Shown: one piece after another, positions 20,374 through 29,968 of the stretch
Position numbering within the stretch: the stretch's first letter is position 1
Layout of the letters: every line of letters begins with the position of its first letter
Assembly (NCBI GenBank): GCA_965224025.1
Contig: OZ245033.1
Location: 480,001-544,000 of the forward strand
Source: Candidatus Multivorans sp.
GTDB taxonomy: Bacteria > Acidobacteriota > Thermoanaerobaculia > Multivoradales > Multivoraceae
Length of the DNA stretch: 64,000 nucleotides
Direction: 5' to 3'
Notes under the pieces: model-generated
Told to the model about the DNA's origin: nothing
The model's input: only the letters and a program-made list of their open reading frames with translations
Database searches by the model: none
Translations under genes and position numbers: made by a program

Positions 20374-21756
20374 CTAGATCGGTTCGCCCAACTGCTCGGT
20401 CAGCTCGGCTTGGCGGGCGGCGAGCTGTTCGGGCGTCGACGCTTCGAGGACGAGGCGTAGGAGCGGCTCGGTGTTCGAGGGGCGGACGTTGAACCACCAG
20501 TCGTCGAAGTCGATGCGGATGCCGTCGAGGCGGTCGAGGGTGCCGCCCTGACCTGCGGCGTAGCGGTCGACGAGGGCTGCCATGGCGGCGTCCTTGTCCT
20601 CGACTTCAAAGTTGATCTCGCTGCTCTTCGCGTAGCGGCGTAGCGGCGCGGCGCCCTCTGAGAGGGACTTGCCGGAGCGGCGGATCAGGTTGAGGACGGC
20701 GACGACGGCCAGGATGGAGCTGTCGGCGCAGTAGTTCTGGCGGAAGTAGTAGTGGCCGGCGAGTTCGCCGCCGAACAGCGCGCCGGTGCGGCGCATCGTG
20801 GCCTTGACGAAGGAATGGCCGACCCGTTCCGGCAGCGGCGTGCCGCCGTGTTCGCGGATGTACTCGGGCACCGCCCGTGAGGAGCGGATGTCGTGGATCA
20901 CGGCGCCGCCGGGCGCCCGTTCGAGCATCTGGCCGGCGATCAGGGCGGTGATCAGGTCGGACCCGATCGGCTCACCGAGTTCGTCGACGAAGGCGGCTCG
21001 GTCGCCGTCTCCGTCGAAGCTGACGCCGAGGTCCGCCTGGCTGCCTGTGACGAGGCGGCTCAGGTCGCGCAAGTTCTCCGGCAGCAGCGGGTTCGCCTCG
21101 TGGTTCGGGAAGGTCCCGTCGAGCTCGAAATAGAGCGGCAGCAGTTCGACGCCGCAGGCCAGAAGCAGAGGCCGGTAGATCGTGCCCATCCCGTTCGCTG
21201 CGTCGGCGGCCAGTCGCAGCTTCGGTCCGCCTGCGGCCTCGAACGATCGGTCGAGGAAGGAGAGCACGTGCTCGGCGTACTCCGCTTCGATGCTCGTCGT
21301 CTCGACCCGTCCGGGCGACGCGGCCGGCGCCGGCTCCGGACCGAGGGCGTGCTCCTCGATGATCGGGATGCCGTGGTCTCCCGACACCGGCACGGCGCCG
21401 GCGAGGCTGAACTTCAGGCCGTTGTACTCGGCCCCGTTGTGGCTGGCCGTGACCTGGATGCCGCCGGCGGCGCCGAGCCTGCCGGTGGCGAAGTAGTTCA
21501 TCGGCGTGGTCGCGAGACCGATGTCCAGGACATCGAGCCCGGCCCGCGTCAGCCCGTCGCAGAGCGCCTCGGACAGCGGCACGCTGTGCGAACGCATGTC
21601 GCGGCTGACAACGACGGTGCGGGGCCGTTCCGCGCCCTGGTCCCCCTCGAGTTCGACCAGGTGGCCGAATCCCATCCCGATCCGGCGCGCCAGCGCCTCG
21701 TTCAACTGTCCCGGATAGAGGCCGCGGACGTCGTAGGCCTTGAAGATTCCTGCCAT
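20374..21756 (-). CDS. Phosphomannomutase/phosphoglucomutase
   Basis: IFKAYDVRG, TASHN, FDGDGDR, GELAGH, RPSNTEPLLRL. Confidence 0.95.
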   Translation of the reverse strand: MAGIFKAYDVRGLYPGQLNEALARRIGMGFGHLVELEGDQGAERPRTVVVSRDMRSHSVPLSEALCDGLTRAGLDVLDIGLATTPMNYFATGRLGAAGGIQVTASHNGAEYNGLKFSLAGAVPVSGDHGIPIIEEHALGPEPAPAASPGRVETTSIEAEYAEHVLSFLDRSFEAAGGPKLRLAADAANGMGTIYRPLLLACGVELLPLYFELDGTFPNHEANPLLPENLRDLSRLVTGSQADLGVSFDGDGDRAAFVDELGEPIGSDLITALIAGQMLERAPGGAVIHDIRSSRAVPEYIREHGGTPLPERVGHSFVKATMRRTGALFGGELAGHYYFRQNYCADSSILAVVAVLNLIRRSGKSLSEGAAPLRRYAKSSEINFEVEDKDAAMAALVDRYAAGQGGTLDRLDGIRIDFDDWWFNVRPSNTEPLLRLVLEASTPEQLAARQAELTEQLGEPI

Positions 21757-21776
21757 GGAGTTCCCTCGGCCTTTGC

Positions 21777-24700
21777 TCAGTGGGACTGGACTTCGATCGC
21801 CAGGGCGAAGGCCTGACCCTCGATCGGAGCGTCTTCCAGGCCATCCGGTCTTTCGCCTTTTGTGGCCTGGAAGTTGACGGCCAGGGTCTCTCCGCGGATC
21901 CACTCCCGGTGAGCCTCGATGGCCCGTTCGATCTCGTCGTTCGCCCGGTAGCGCACGGCGATGCGGTCGGCGTAGTCGAGGTCGGCGGCGCGGCGCCGGT
22001 TCTGGACCCGGTGGACGACCTCGCGCGCGAGGCCCTCGGCGATCAGGTCGTCGTCCAGGTCGACGTCGAGGGCGACCAGCAGCTCGCTGTCCCCATGCAC
22101 GGCGATCCCGGGACGCTCTTCGAGCCGTACCTCGACCTCGTGCGGTTCGAGGTACGCGGTGTCGCCCTCGAGGTCAATCGCGATGCGCCCGTGGCTGTCG
22201 AGTTCCCGCTTCAGGTCGGCGCCGTTTCGGGCCGCGAGGGCGGCGCGCACGCCCGGCATGGCGCGACCGAACCGGGGGCCGCACTTCGGGTAGTGCGGCA
22301 CCACGTCGAAGGACACGTACTCGGAACTATCGGCGGCCCAGCGGACCTCGTGCACGTTCAGTTCGTCCGAGACGAGGTCGACGTAGGGCTCGACCAGGGA
22401 TTCGAGTTCCGGATCGGCGCTCACCAGGGTGACGGAGCGGAGCGGCTGGCGGATCTTGACGCTGTTCGCGTTGCGCGCGGAGCGACCGTTGCGCGCTACG
22501 CGCAGCACCGTGGCCATCGCCGCTTCGAGCCGGTCGTCGACCCGGTCCGCGGGCGCTTCGGGCCACGACTCGAGGTGGCAACTGACCGCGCCCCTGCCCT
22601 GGCTCGAAAGCAGCCGGCGGTGCAGCTCCTCGGCGACGAAGGGCACGAAGGGCGCGATCAGGAGGCGCAGCGTGGTCAGGACTTCGTACAGAGTCTGGTA
22701 AGCGCTCTCCTTCTCGGTGGCCTTCCCGCCGGCGCCCGGCGCCTCGTTGGGCGCCCAGAACCGGTCGCGGCTGCGACGGATGTACCAGTTCGTCAACTCG
22801 TCGAGAAACGTCTCGATGCCGCGGGCGGCGGGCGCCGTGCTGTAGCCGCGGAGATGGTCGGTCGTGGTTCGAACGAGCCGGTAGAGACGGAGCAGGATCC
22901 AGCGGTCGAGCTGAGCCCGTTCGGCAAAGGAGATCTCGGGCCCGCCCGGCCTCCAGCCGTCGAGGTTGGCGTAGATGGTGAAGAAGGACAGCGCGTTCCA
23001 CATGGGCAGCAGGAAGGTTTGCGCCGCTTCCCGCGCCAGGCGGGCCGAGAAACGGGACGGCTGCTCCGGGTTGTTGACGCAGAAGTACCAGCGCAGGGCG
23101 TCGGCGCCGGTCTCGGCCAGCACCTCCATCGGTTCGACCACGTTGCCGAGGCGCTTCGACATCTTGCGGCCGTTCTCGTCGTTGACGTGACCGAGGACGA
23201 TGCAGTTGCGATAGGCCGGGCTGTCGAACAGCAGGCAGCCGAGAACGTGCAGGGTGTAGAACCAGCCCCGGGTCTGGTCGACCGCCTCGGAGATGAAGTC
23301 CGCGGGGAAGCGGGAACGGAAGGTCTCGCGGTTCTCGAATGGGTAGTGGTACTGCGCGAAGGGCATGGCGCCGGAATCGAACCAGGCGTCGATCACGTAC
23401 TCGACCCGCTTCATGGCGCCGGAACAGCCGGCGCCGCCGCATGACCAGTGGAAGTCGTCGTCGATGAAGGGCCGGTGGGGATCGAAGTGCGAGCGGTCGT
23501 AGGGGTCTTCCGGCAGCGTTCGCCCGGCGCGGCGGAAGAGCTCCTCGAAGGAACCGACGACCTCGGTCTCGCCGCAGTCGCCGCACTTCCAGACCGGCAG
23601 GGGCGTGCCCCAGTAGCGGCTGCGCGACAGGGCCCAGTCGACGACGTTCTCGAGCCAGTCGCCGAAGCGTCCCTGCCCGACATGCTCCGGATGCCAGTGG
23701 ATCTCGCGGTTCTTCTCGATCAACCGGTCGCGGGCCGCGGTGGTGCGCACGAACCAGCTCGTCGTCGCGTAGTAGAGCAGCGGCTGGTCGCAGCGCCAGC
23801 AGAAGGGGTAGCTGTGGCCGTGCCGTTCGCCGTGGAGCAGGCGGCCCCGCTGCCGCAGCGAGCGGACGATCTTCGGGTCGGCGTCCTTGAACCAGTCGCC
23901 GTTGATCTCGTCGACCAGGGACCGGATGGAAGAATCTTCGGAACTTGCGCCGGCGTCGAGCGCGACCCGGCCCTCTGCGTCGACCGCTTGCAGTTCAGGC
24001 AGACCGTACTCGCGGCCGCTGCGCTCGTCGTCCTCGCCGAACAGGGGCGCCGTGTGGACCGCGCCGGTGCCCTCTGCCCGAGTGACGTAGTCGGCGAGCA
24101 GGATGCGGAAACCAGCCGTGTCCGACACCTCGGCGGGCCGGTACGGGCGGCTCGGTTCGACGGGGAACGGCCGGTCGTAGAGCAGGCCCTTCAGGGCATG
24201 GCCGGAGAAGCGGGCCACCGTCGCCGCTTCGCGCAAATCGATGCGGGTCGGCTTGCCGTCGCCGGGAACGAGCGCCGGGACCGGTCGCTCGAGGCCCTCC
24301 GCGATCAGCAGCAGCCGCTCCGGATCGCCGGGGTCCGCCACCGCGCGGTACGTCAGTTCGGGATGCACCGCGATCCCGGCGTGGGAAAGCAGCGTCCAGG
24401 GCGTGGTCGTCCAGGCCACGATGGCGATCGGCCGGTCGGTGCTGAACGCCGCGCTGCCGTCCGCCTCGTCGCCGATCACGGAAAGCGTCTGCCCGGGCCG
24501 CAGCGGGAAGCGCACCCAGATCGACGGGTCCTCCGTGTCGCGGTAGTTCTGGGCCACCTCGTGACTCGACAGCGTGGTGCCGCAGCGGGCGCAGTAGGGC
24601 TGGATCTTCCGGCCCTCGTAGAGCAGGTCCTGCCGCCAGAGCTCGGCGAGCGCCCACCACACCGACTCGATGTAGGTGTTCCTGTAGGTCACGTAGGCGC

Positions 24701-25154
24701 CGTCCATGTCGAGCCAGTAGCCGACCCGATCGGTCATCCGCCGCCACTGCCGTTCGTAGGCGCTGACGCTCTCGAGGCAGGCGCGGTTGAACTTCTCGAT
24801 CCCGTAGTCCTCGATCTGCTGCTTGCCGGAGAAGCCGAGTTGCTTCTCGACCTCGATCTCCACCGGCAGGCCGTGCGTGTCCCAACCGCCCTTGCGGGGC
24901 ACGCGCCGCCCGGTCATCGTGCGGAACCGGGGGTAGAGGTCCTTGACCACGCGAGTGACGACGTGGCCGACGTGCGGCACGTTGTTGGCGGTCGGCGGAC
25001 CCTCGTAGAACGAGAACTCGCGCTCGTCGTCGCCGCCCGACGCGAGAGAGGCCTCGAACACTCTTTCGCGCCGCCAGAACTCAAGCGTCTCGCGCTCGAG
25101 CTCCGGAAAGGGATAGCCGCCCGGGACGGACGGAAACGCTGGATCCCTGGACAC
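21777..25154 (-). CDS. ileS: Isoleucine--tRNA ligase (type 2)
   Basis: EGPPTAN..HVGH, GWDTHGLP, WTTTPWTL, DWALSRSRYWGTPLP, EAVDQTRGWFY, KMSKR. Confidence 0.97.
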   Translation of the reverse strand: MSRDPAFPSVPGGYPFPELERETLEFWRRERVFEASLASGGDDEREFSFYEGPPTANNVPHVGHVVTRVVKDLYPRFRTMTGRRVPRKGGWDTHGLPVEIEVEKQLGFSGKQQIEDYGIEKFNRACLESVSAYERQWRRMTDRVGYWLDMDGAYVTYRNTYIESVWWALAELWRQDLLYEGRKIQPYCARCGTTLSSHEVAQNYRDTEDPSIWVRFPLRPGQTLSVIGDEADGSAAFSTDRPIAIVAWTTTPWTLLSHAGIAVHPELTYRAVADPGDPERLLLIAEGLERPVPALVPGDGKPTRIDLREAATVARFSGHALKGLLYDRPFPVEPSRPYRPAEVSDTAGFRILLADYVTRAEGTGAVHTAPLFGEDDERSGREYGLPELQAVDAEGRVALDAGASSEDSSIRSLVDEINGDWFKDADPKIVRSLRQRGRLLHGERHGHSYPFCWRCDQPLLYYATTSWFVRTTAARDRLIEKNREIHWHPEHVGQGRFGDWLENVVDWALSRSRYWGTPLPVWKCGDCGETEVVGSFEELFRRAGRTLPEDPYDRSHFDPHRPFIDDDFHWSCGGAGCSGAMKRVEYVIDAWFDSGAMPFAQYHYPFENRETFRSRFPADFISEAVDQTRGWFYTLHVLGCLLFDSPAYRNCIVLGHVNDENGRKMSKRLGNVVEPMEVLAETGADALRWYFCVNNPEQPSRFSARLAREAAQTFLLPMWNALSFFTIYANLDGWRPGGPEISFAERAQLDRWILLRLYRLVRTTTDHLRGYSTAPAARGIETFLDELTNWYIRRSRDRFWAPNEAPGAGGKATEKESAYQTLYEVLTTLRLLIAPFVPFVAEELHRRLLSSQGRGAVSCHLESWPEAPADRVDDRLEAAMATVLRVARNGRSARNANSVKIRQPLRSVTLVSADPELESLVEPYVDLVSDELNVHEVRWAADSSEYVSFDVVPHYPKCGPRFGRAMPGVRAALAARNGADLKRELDSHGRIAIDLEGDTAYLEPHEVEVRLEERPGIAVHGDSELLVALDVDLDDDLIAEGLAREVVHRVQNRRRAADLDYADRIAVRYRANDEIERAIEAHREWIRGETLAVNFQATKGERPDGLEDAPIEGQAFALAIEVQSH

Positions 25155-25195
25155 GGCGTGCGGGCGTTTCGAAGGCGCCGGGGTGGATGCCCCGA

Positions 25196-26209
25196 TCAGG
25201 CGGCGAAACGCTGGCGCTCGATGAACGCCGTAAGCGCCGCCGCGAACTTGGCCGGCCGTTCGACGTGGGGCAGATTGCGGCAGCCGTCGAAGACCTCCAG
25301 GTCGGCCTTCGGCAGCTCCTGGAGCCAGAGATCGGCAGTCTCGAGCGACGGATGAGTGGCCTGACGGCCCCATGCCAGCCACAACGGCTGCTGGAGCTCG
25401 GCGCCGAAACCGGCTTCGAGCTGGTGGCCGAGCCGGCCGCAGAGGCTATCGGTCAGGGCGTGATTGGCGCCGGGCAGGTGACTGGCGCGGTACATCGCCT
25501 CGACCGCCGCTTCGCCGAGTCCCTCGGCCCCGAACATGGTCTCGCGACGCAGGTGAGTCTCCAGAGCCCGCCGGCCGGTCACCAGGTTGAGTGCCGAGGT
25601 GCCGAGCAGGGGAGCTCGCAGGAGCGTGTGAAGGACGGGGTCGCCGCGGTCCTGGATGACGTCGGCGCCCAGGCCCTGAGGTGCGATGAGCGCCAGTGCG
25701 GCGACCCGTTGGGGCGCATCCAGGGCCACCCGGACGGCGTATGCGGCGGCGCGGTGAGGGGCGACGAGTATCACCGGTTCGCCGATGACCTCTTCCAGGA
25801 AGCGGTCGAGCAGTTCGATGTAGAGCTCGGCCGTGTAGCGCTGGGCCCTGCGCTCCGAGTCGCCCCAGCCGAGCCAGTCGGGGACGAAGCAGTCGTGGCC
25901 GCCTGCGAGGCGCTCCGCCGCTTCCCGCCAGAGGAGCCCGGTGTGGCCGGGTCCGAAAGTGTGTAGCAGAACCATCGGCGGCGCGGCGCCCTGGCCGGCA
26001 CGGGGCATGTGGATGAAGGCGAGCCGCTGACCGTCGATCTCGATGTGCCGGGTGGCGCCCCACCGGGGTCGGGGCAACCGCGCGGCCCGGCGCGCGACCA
26101 CCGCGTTGATCACGGCGGGCGCCCCGAGCGCCACCCCGCCCAGAAGCAGGCCGCGGGTCACGCGGCGCCTGCGAAGACGCTTCAGTTCCTGATCGGCGGA
26201 GCGTGCCAT
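25196..26209 (-). CDS. Alpha/beta-fold hydrolase, membrane-anchored
   Basis: LLH..G, PDWLGWGDS, WGRQ, PHVERP; no Ser at the nucleophile elbow (VAPHRAA). Confidence 0.75.
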   Translation of the reverse strand: MARSADQELKRLRRRRVTRGLLLGGVALGAPAVINAVVARRAARLPRPRWGATRHIEIDGQRLAFIHMPRAGQGAAPPMVLLHTFGPGHTGLLWREAAERLAGGHDCFVPDWLGWGDSERRAQRYTAELYIELLDRFLEEVIGEPVILVAPHRAAAYAVRVALDAPQRVAALALIAPQGLGADVIQDRGDPVLHTLLRAPLLGTSALNLVTGRRALETHLRRETMFGAEGLGEAAVEAMYRASHLPGANHALTDSLCGRLGHQLEAGFGAELQQPLWLAWGRQATHPSLETADLWLQELPKADLEVFDGCRNLPHVERPAKFAAALTAFIERQRFAA

Positions 26210-26251
26210 GTCGCGGACAATAACAGTGCGGACGGTGTGCATAATGGCTCA

Positions 26252-26725
26252 GTGGCGTTCGAGATAGTCGTGGTCTGGGTTGGTCGCCGGCGTGAGCCTT
26301 GGGAGTCCCTCTGCGGCGACTACCGGCAGCGGATCCAGAGGTTGGTTCCGGTACGCGAGCAAGTAGTGCGCCCGGCGCGTGGGGACGACCGGACTCGAGT
26401 CCGGCTCGAGGGGAACGCGATCCGCGCCGCCCTGTCCCCGGAGACCTGGACGGTGTGCCTCGACCGGAAGGGCCGGAACCTGAACTCGCGCGGCCTCGCG
26501 GTGGAGATCGGGCGGCTGCGTACCGAGTGGCGCCGGCCGGTCGCGTGGATCGTCGGGTCCGATCTGGGCCTCGATCACAAGTTGCTGAAGTCGTCCCGTT
26601 TGCGGCTTTCGCTGGGGCCTCTGACTCTCCCCCACGAACTCGCCCGGTTGACCCTTTTCGAGCAGATCTACCGCTCTTTCACCATTCTCGAGGGAATCAA
26701 CTATCATCGGCAGCCGTTTCACTGA
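26252..26725 (+). CDS. rlmH: 23S rRNA (pseudouridine1915-N3)-methyltransferase
   Basis: LDRKG...S, IVGSDLG, LSLGPLTLPHELARL..EQIYR...G..YH. Confidence 0.93.
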   Translation: MAFEIVVVWVGRRREPWESLCGDYRQRIQRLVPVREQVVRPARGDDRTRVRLEGNAIRAALSPETWTVCLDRKGRNLNSRGLAVEIGRLRTEWRRPVAWIVGSDLGLDHKLLKSSRLRLSLGPLTLPHELARLTLFEQIYRSFTILEGINYHRQPFH

Positions 26726-26745
26726 GCCGCGTGAGGGAAAAAGAA

Positions 26746-28464
26746 GTGGCTAGCGCGGACGAGAGCGCCCGGAGCGGCGGAGCAGACGACAGGAAGGATC
26801 AGGCTGCCGCCAAGGCTCGCCCGCTCGAGGCCGAACAGGCTGCGGCGAAGAAGGCTGCGGCCGAAGCGAGGCGCAAGGCGGCTGCAGCCGAGCGCGCGGC
26901 GAAGTCCGCTGCCGAGAAGAAGGCGGCGGCTCAGCAGGCCGCTCGGGCGGAGAGATCGTCGTCGGCCGCCGCCGCCAGAGCGGAAAAGGTCGCCGAGACC
27001 AGGAAGGCGGCTGCCGCGGCTGCCGTCAAGGCCGCGACGGAACGCCGCGCTGCCGTGAGGAAGGCGAAGAGAGCGGTTGCAGCGGGAAACACGGCCGCGG
27101 AGAAGGCAGCCGCCGCCGCCGCCGCGCGTAAGTCGGCCGCGCAGCAGGCTGCGAAGGACGAGAAGACCACGGCCGCGCTGGTTCTGAGGGCTGAGCAGGA
27201 GGCCGAGGCGCGGAGGGCGGCGCAGGACGAGGCGGTCAAGAAGGCTGCCGAGTTGTCGCGTTTGGCGAAGGCGGCGGCCGGGCGCCTGCGTACCGCGGAA
27301 ACGACCGCGAAGCGAGCGGATCGTGAGGCCGCTGCCAAGGCCGCGGCCGCTGCCAAGGCCGCTCTGGAGGCTGCCGAGAGCAGAGCGGCGCTCGAGGAAG
27401 CCCGGAGCACCGAAGCTGCGGAGCGTGAAGCCGCCGACACCGCCATGACCGCCGCGGTGGAGGAGAAGGAGGCGGCGAAAATTGCGACTCGTGACGCCGC
27501 TGCCTGCAGGTCCGCGGCGGTGCGAGCAGAACGCAAGGCCGTCAGCACCTCCGAGCTCGCAGCCAAGGGACGGAAGGAAGCCACCGCCCGGAAGAAGGAA
27601 GCCGCGCAGTCGGCGAGACTTGCCGTGAGGACGGGCGCCGCTGCCGAGAAGGCCGCGAAGTTGGCGGCCGACCGCAAGGCGGCGGCTCAGGCGGCGGCCA
27701 AGGACTCCGCGGCAAAGGGAGTCGTGGCGCGCAAGGCCGCACGCACTGCGGCGGCCCGCGCAGGGGCGCTGCAGAAGGCGACCAAGGCCGCGGCCGCGGC
27801 CAAGGTCGCGGCCCGAGAGGCTCAGCGGGCTGCCGCGGCCGCCGAGAAGCGGGTGGCCAAGGCCCGGGCGGCGGAGGAAGCCGAGGCGAAGAGGCCTGAG
27901 GTGGAGGCAGCCGCCGCAGCGGAAACCGCCGTCAGGGAGGCTGCCGAACGGGAAGCCGCGCGGCGGCTCGCGGCCAAGCAACGGCTGGCCAGGAAAAAGG
28001 CGGCTCAGAAGAAAGCGCCTCCGAGGAAAGCGCCGACGCTGCTCCTCAGGCCGCAGCGCACGGGCGACGGCCGGGGGAACAACTCTCTTCTCAAGAGCGC
28101 CGACATCGACATGGAGTTGGTGCGGGAGCGGCTGGAGGAGAAGCGGCGGGAGCTGTTCGGTCGCTACAACCGTGACCTCCATGCCGGCCTGAAGGCGTCG
28201 TCGGGCGAAGGGTCGGAGGATCTCGTCGACCGGGCGAACCACGCCTACAGCCGGGAGTTGAACTTCTCACTGTCGGACAGCGACGGCATTCTGCTCAAGC
28301 GGATCGACGAGGCGACGATCCGTCTCGACGACGGCAGCTTCGGGGTCTGCGTCCACTGCCACGCTGAAGTCGGCCGCGCCCGCCTCGAAGCGGTGCCCTG
28401 GGCCTCCTATTGCATCAACTGCCAGGAACTCGAGGAGAAGGGTCGGCTTCCGAGAGAAGAGTGA
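26746..28464 (+). CDS. dksA: DksA/TraR C4 zinc-finger protein with ~430-aa Ala/Lys/Arg-rich N-terminal extension
   Basis: DLVDRA (DxxDxA), GSFGVCVHC..RLEAVPWASYCINCQ; start uncertain. Confidence 0.8.
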   Translation: MASADESARSGGADDRKDQAAAKARPLEAEQAAAKKAAAEARRKAAAAERAAKSAAEKKAAAQQAARAERSSSAAAARAEKVAETRKAAAAAAVKAATERRAAVRKAKRAVAAGNTAAEKAAAAAAARKSAAQQAAKDEKTTAALVLRAEQEAEARRAAQDEAVKKAAELSRLAKAAAGRLRTAETTAKRADREAAAKAAAAAKAALEAAESRAALEEARSTEAAEREAADTAMTAAVEEKEAAKIATRDAAACRSAAVRAERKAVSTSELAAKGRKEATARKKEAAQSARLAVRTGAAAEKAAKLAADRKAAAQAAAKDSAAKGVVARKAARTAAARAGALQKATKAAAAAKVAAREAQRAAAAAEKRVAKARAAEEAEAKRPEVEAAAAAETAVREAAEREAARRLAAKQRLARKKAAQKKAPPRKAPTLLLRPQRTGDGRGNNSLLKSADIDMELVRERLEEKRRELFGRYNRDLHAGLKASSGEGSEDLVDRANHAYSRELNFSLSDSDGILLKRIDEATIRLDDGSFGVCVHCHAEVGRARLEAVPWASYCINCQELEEKGRLPREE

Positions 28465-29966
28465 AGACCTCTGCTGCGATCGACGCGGCGGTCGAGCGAA
28501 TTGAAGGCGGTGACCGCCAGCCGCTCTACCTGGTGATCGGCGAGCATGTGGTGGCGATGAAGGCGGCGACCCGGATTGCGGGCGCCTTGGCTGCAGGCAG
28601 TGGTTGCGAGGTGGCCGTCCACAAACGGCCGGCCGAACTGCGTCCGATCCTGGCCGATCTGTTGACCTTCTCCCTCTTCGATCCGGCCAAGGTCACCCTG
28701 GTCAGCGACAGCGCGATCTTTGCCGACAAGACCGCCGCCGCCGACCTGATCGACGATGCGGAAGCGGCGCTGCCGGTCACTGCCGGCGCCGCGCTCTCGT
28801 CAGCGGGGAAGGAAGCGGCCGGCCGGCTCCTGCAGGCGCTGCGGCTGTTCAGCATTCCCGGCGGCGCGGGTGCTCCCGATGAGGTGGTCGCATCGTTGCC
28901 CGCTTCGACCCTGGATGGAGGCCTCAAGCACCGCAGGCGCAGCAGGCGCCGGCGAACGAAGAAACAGAAGGGCGAACTGGCCAGGGATCTGGCCGGGCTT
29001 CTCGAAGCCGCGAGAGCCGAGGATCTCATGGGGTGGTCGGACAGCGACCTCGCCGAGCTTGGCCGCATTGTCGATGGCGTTCTGCCGGAGGGCCATGCCC
29101 TCGTGTTCGCCGAACGGCGCGCCGATCGCGCCCACCCTCTCGTTCAGCGGCTGTCCGAGAGGGAGGCCACGTTCGAAGTCGGGGCGCTCGAGTTCGACCG
29201 CCGTGGCGGCGTGGGCGGACTCGACTCCGTGGTCGCCGAGCTGGCGGATGAGACCGGCGTCGGCATCGATCGCGGCGCGGTGCAGGAACTGGCTCGCCGT
29301 ACTCTGCGCAAGACTGCGGGCTGGGGCGAGTCCGAGGTCGACGCCGACTCCGCCGCCCGCTTCGCCGCCGAGTACCGGAAGATCGCCGATGCGGTTCGCG
29401 ATCGGGCGGGCCGGATCGACCGGAGCGCGGTGGAAGAGATGGTGGCCGACCGCGGCGACCAGGACGTCTTCCAACTGCTCGACGCGATCGCGGAGCAGCG
29501 ACCCGCCCAGGCGCTCGCACTCTTCAAGCGGCGGCTCGACAGTTCGCCCGACCGGAACGCCGCCCGGCTCTCCTTCTTCGCCCTGCTGGCCAACTTCTGC
29601 CACCAGTTGGCGGCGGCGCATGGCCTTGCGGTGTCCCTCGACCTTCCGGCAGAGCGCAACTTCAATCGCTTCAAGACGCGGGTCCTGCCGAAGCTGACGG
29701 CCGACCTGCCGGGCGGCGCCGCCAACCCGCTGACGCGGATCCACCCGTTTCGCCTCTTCCGCATCTACCAGGCGGCTTGCGCGCGGCGTGACCCCAGCGC
29801 CTCCCGGGCAATCGCCGGTCTGCCTTGGCGGGTGCTCCAGACGGAAGTGCGGCTCAAGGGCGGCAGCGCCGACGGCGATACGGCGCTGGAGGCTCTGGTC
29901 GCGACGGTGGCGGGCGCCGGGCAGAGGGGACCGGAAGGCGGCTCCGCCCGGCGCCGCGCGTCCTGA
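28461..29966 (+). CDS. holA: DNA polymerase III delta subunit-like protein (enlarged)
   Basis: PLYLVIGE, TFSLF..KV, DVFQLLDAI, HPFRL, EVRLKGG; GTGA-coupled to dksA. Confidence 0.65.
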   Translation: MKTSAAIDAAVERIEGGDRQPLYLVIGEHVVAMKAATRIAGALAAGSGCEVAVHKRPAELRPILADLLTFSLFDPAKVTLVSDSAIFADKTAAADLIDDAEAALPVTAGAALSSAGKEAAGRLLQALRLFSIPGGAGAPDEVVASLPASTLDGGLKHRRRSRRRRTKKQKGELARDLAGLLEAARAEDLMGWSDSDLAELGRIVDGVLPEGHALVFAERRADRAHPLVQRLSEREATFEVGALEFDRRGGVGGLDSVVAELADETGVGIDRGAVQELARRTLRKTAGWGESEVDADSAARFAAEYRKIADAVRDRAGRIDRSAVEEMVADRGDQDVFQLLDAIAEQRPAQALALFKRRLDSSPDRNAARLSFFALLANFCHQLAAAHGLAVSLDLPAERNFNRFKTRVLPKLTADLPGGAANPLTRIHPFRLFRIYQAACARRDPSASRAIAGLPWRVLQTEVRLKGGSADGDTALEALVATVAGAGQRGPEGGSARRRAS

Positions 29967-29968
29967 CG

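Noticed and set aside
26746-28040. TolA or a DNA tandem repeat
   Set aside because: There is no N-terminal TM anchor or tol-pal context, and the low complexity is at protein level without exact nucleotide periodicity.
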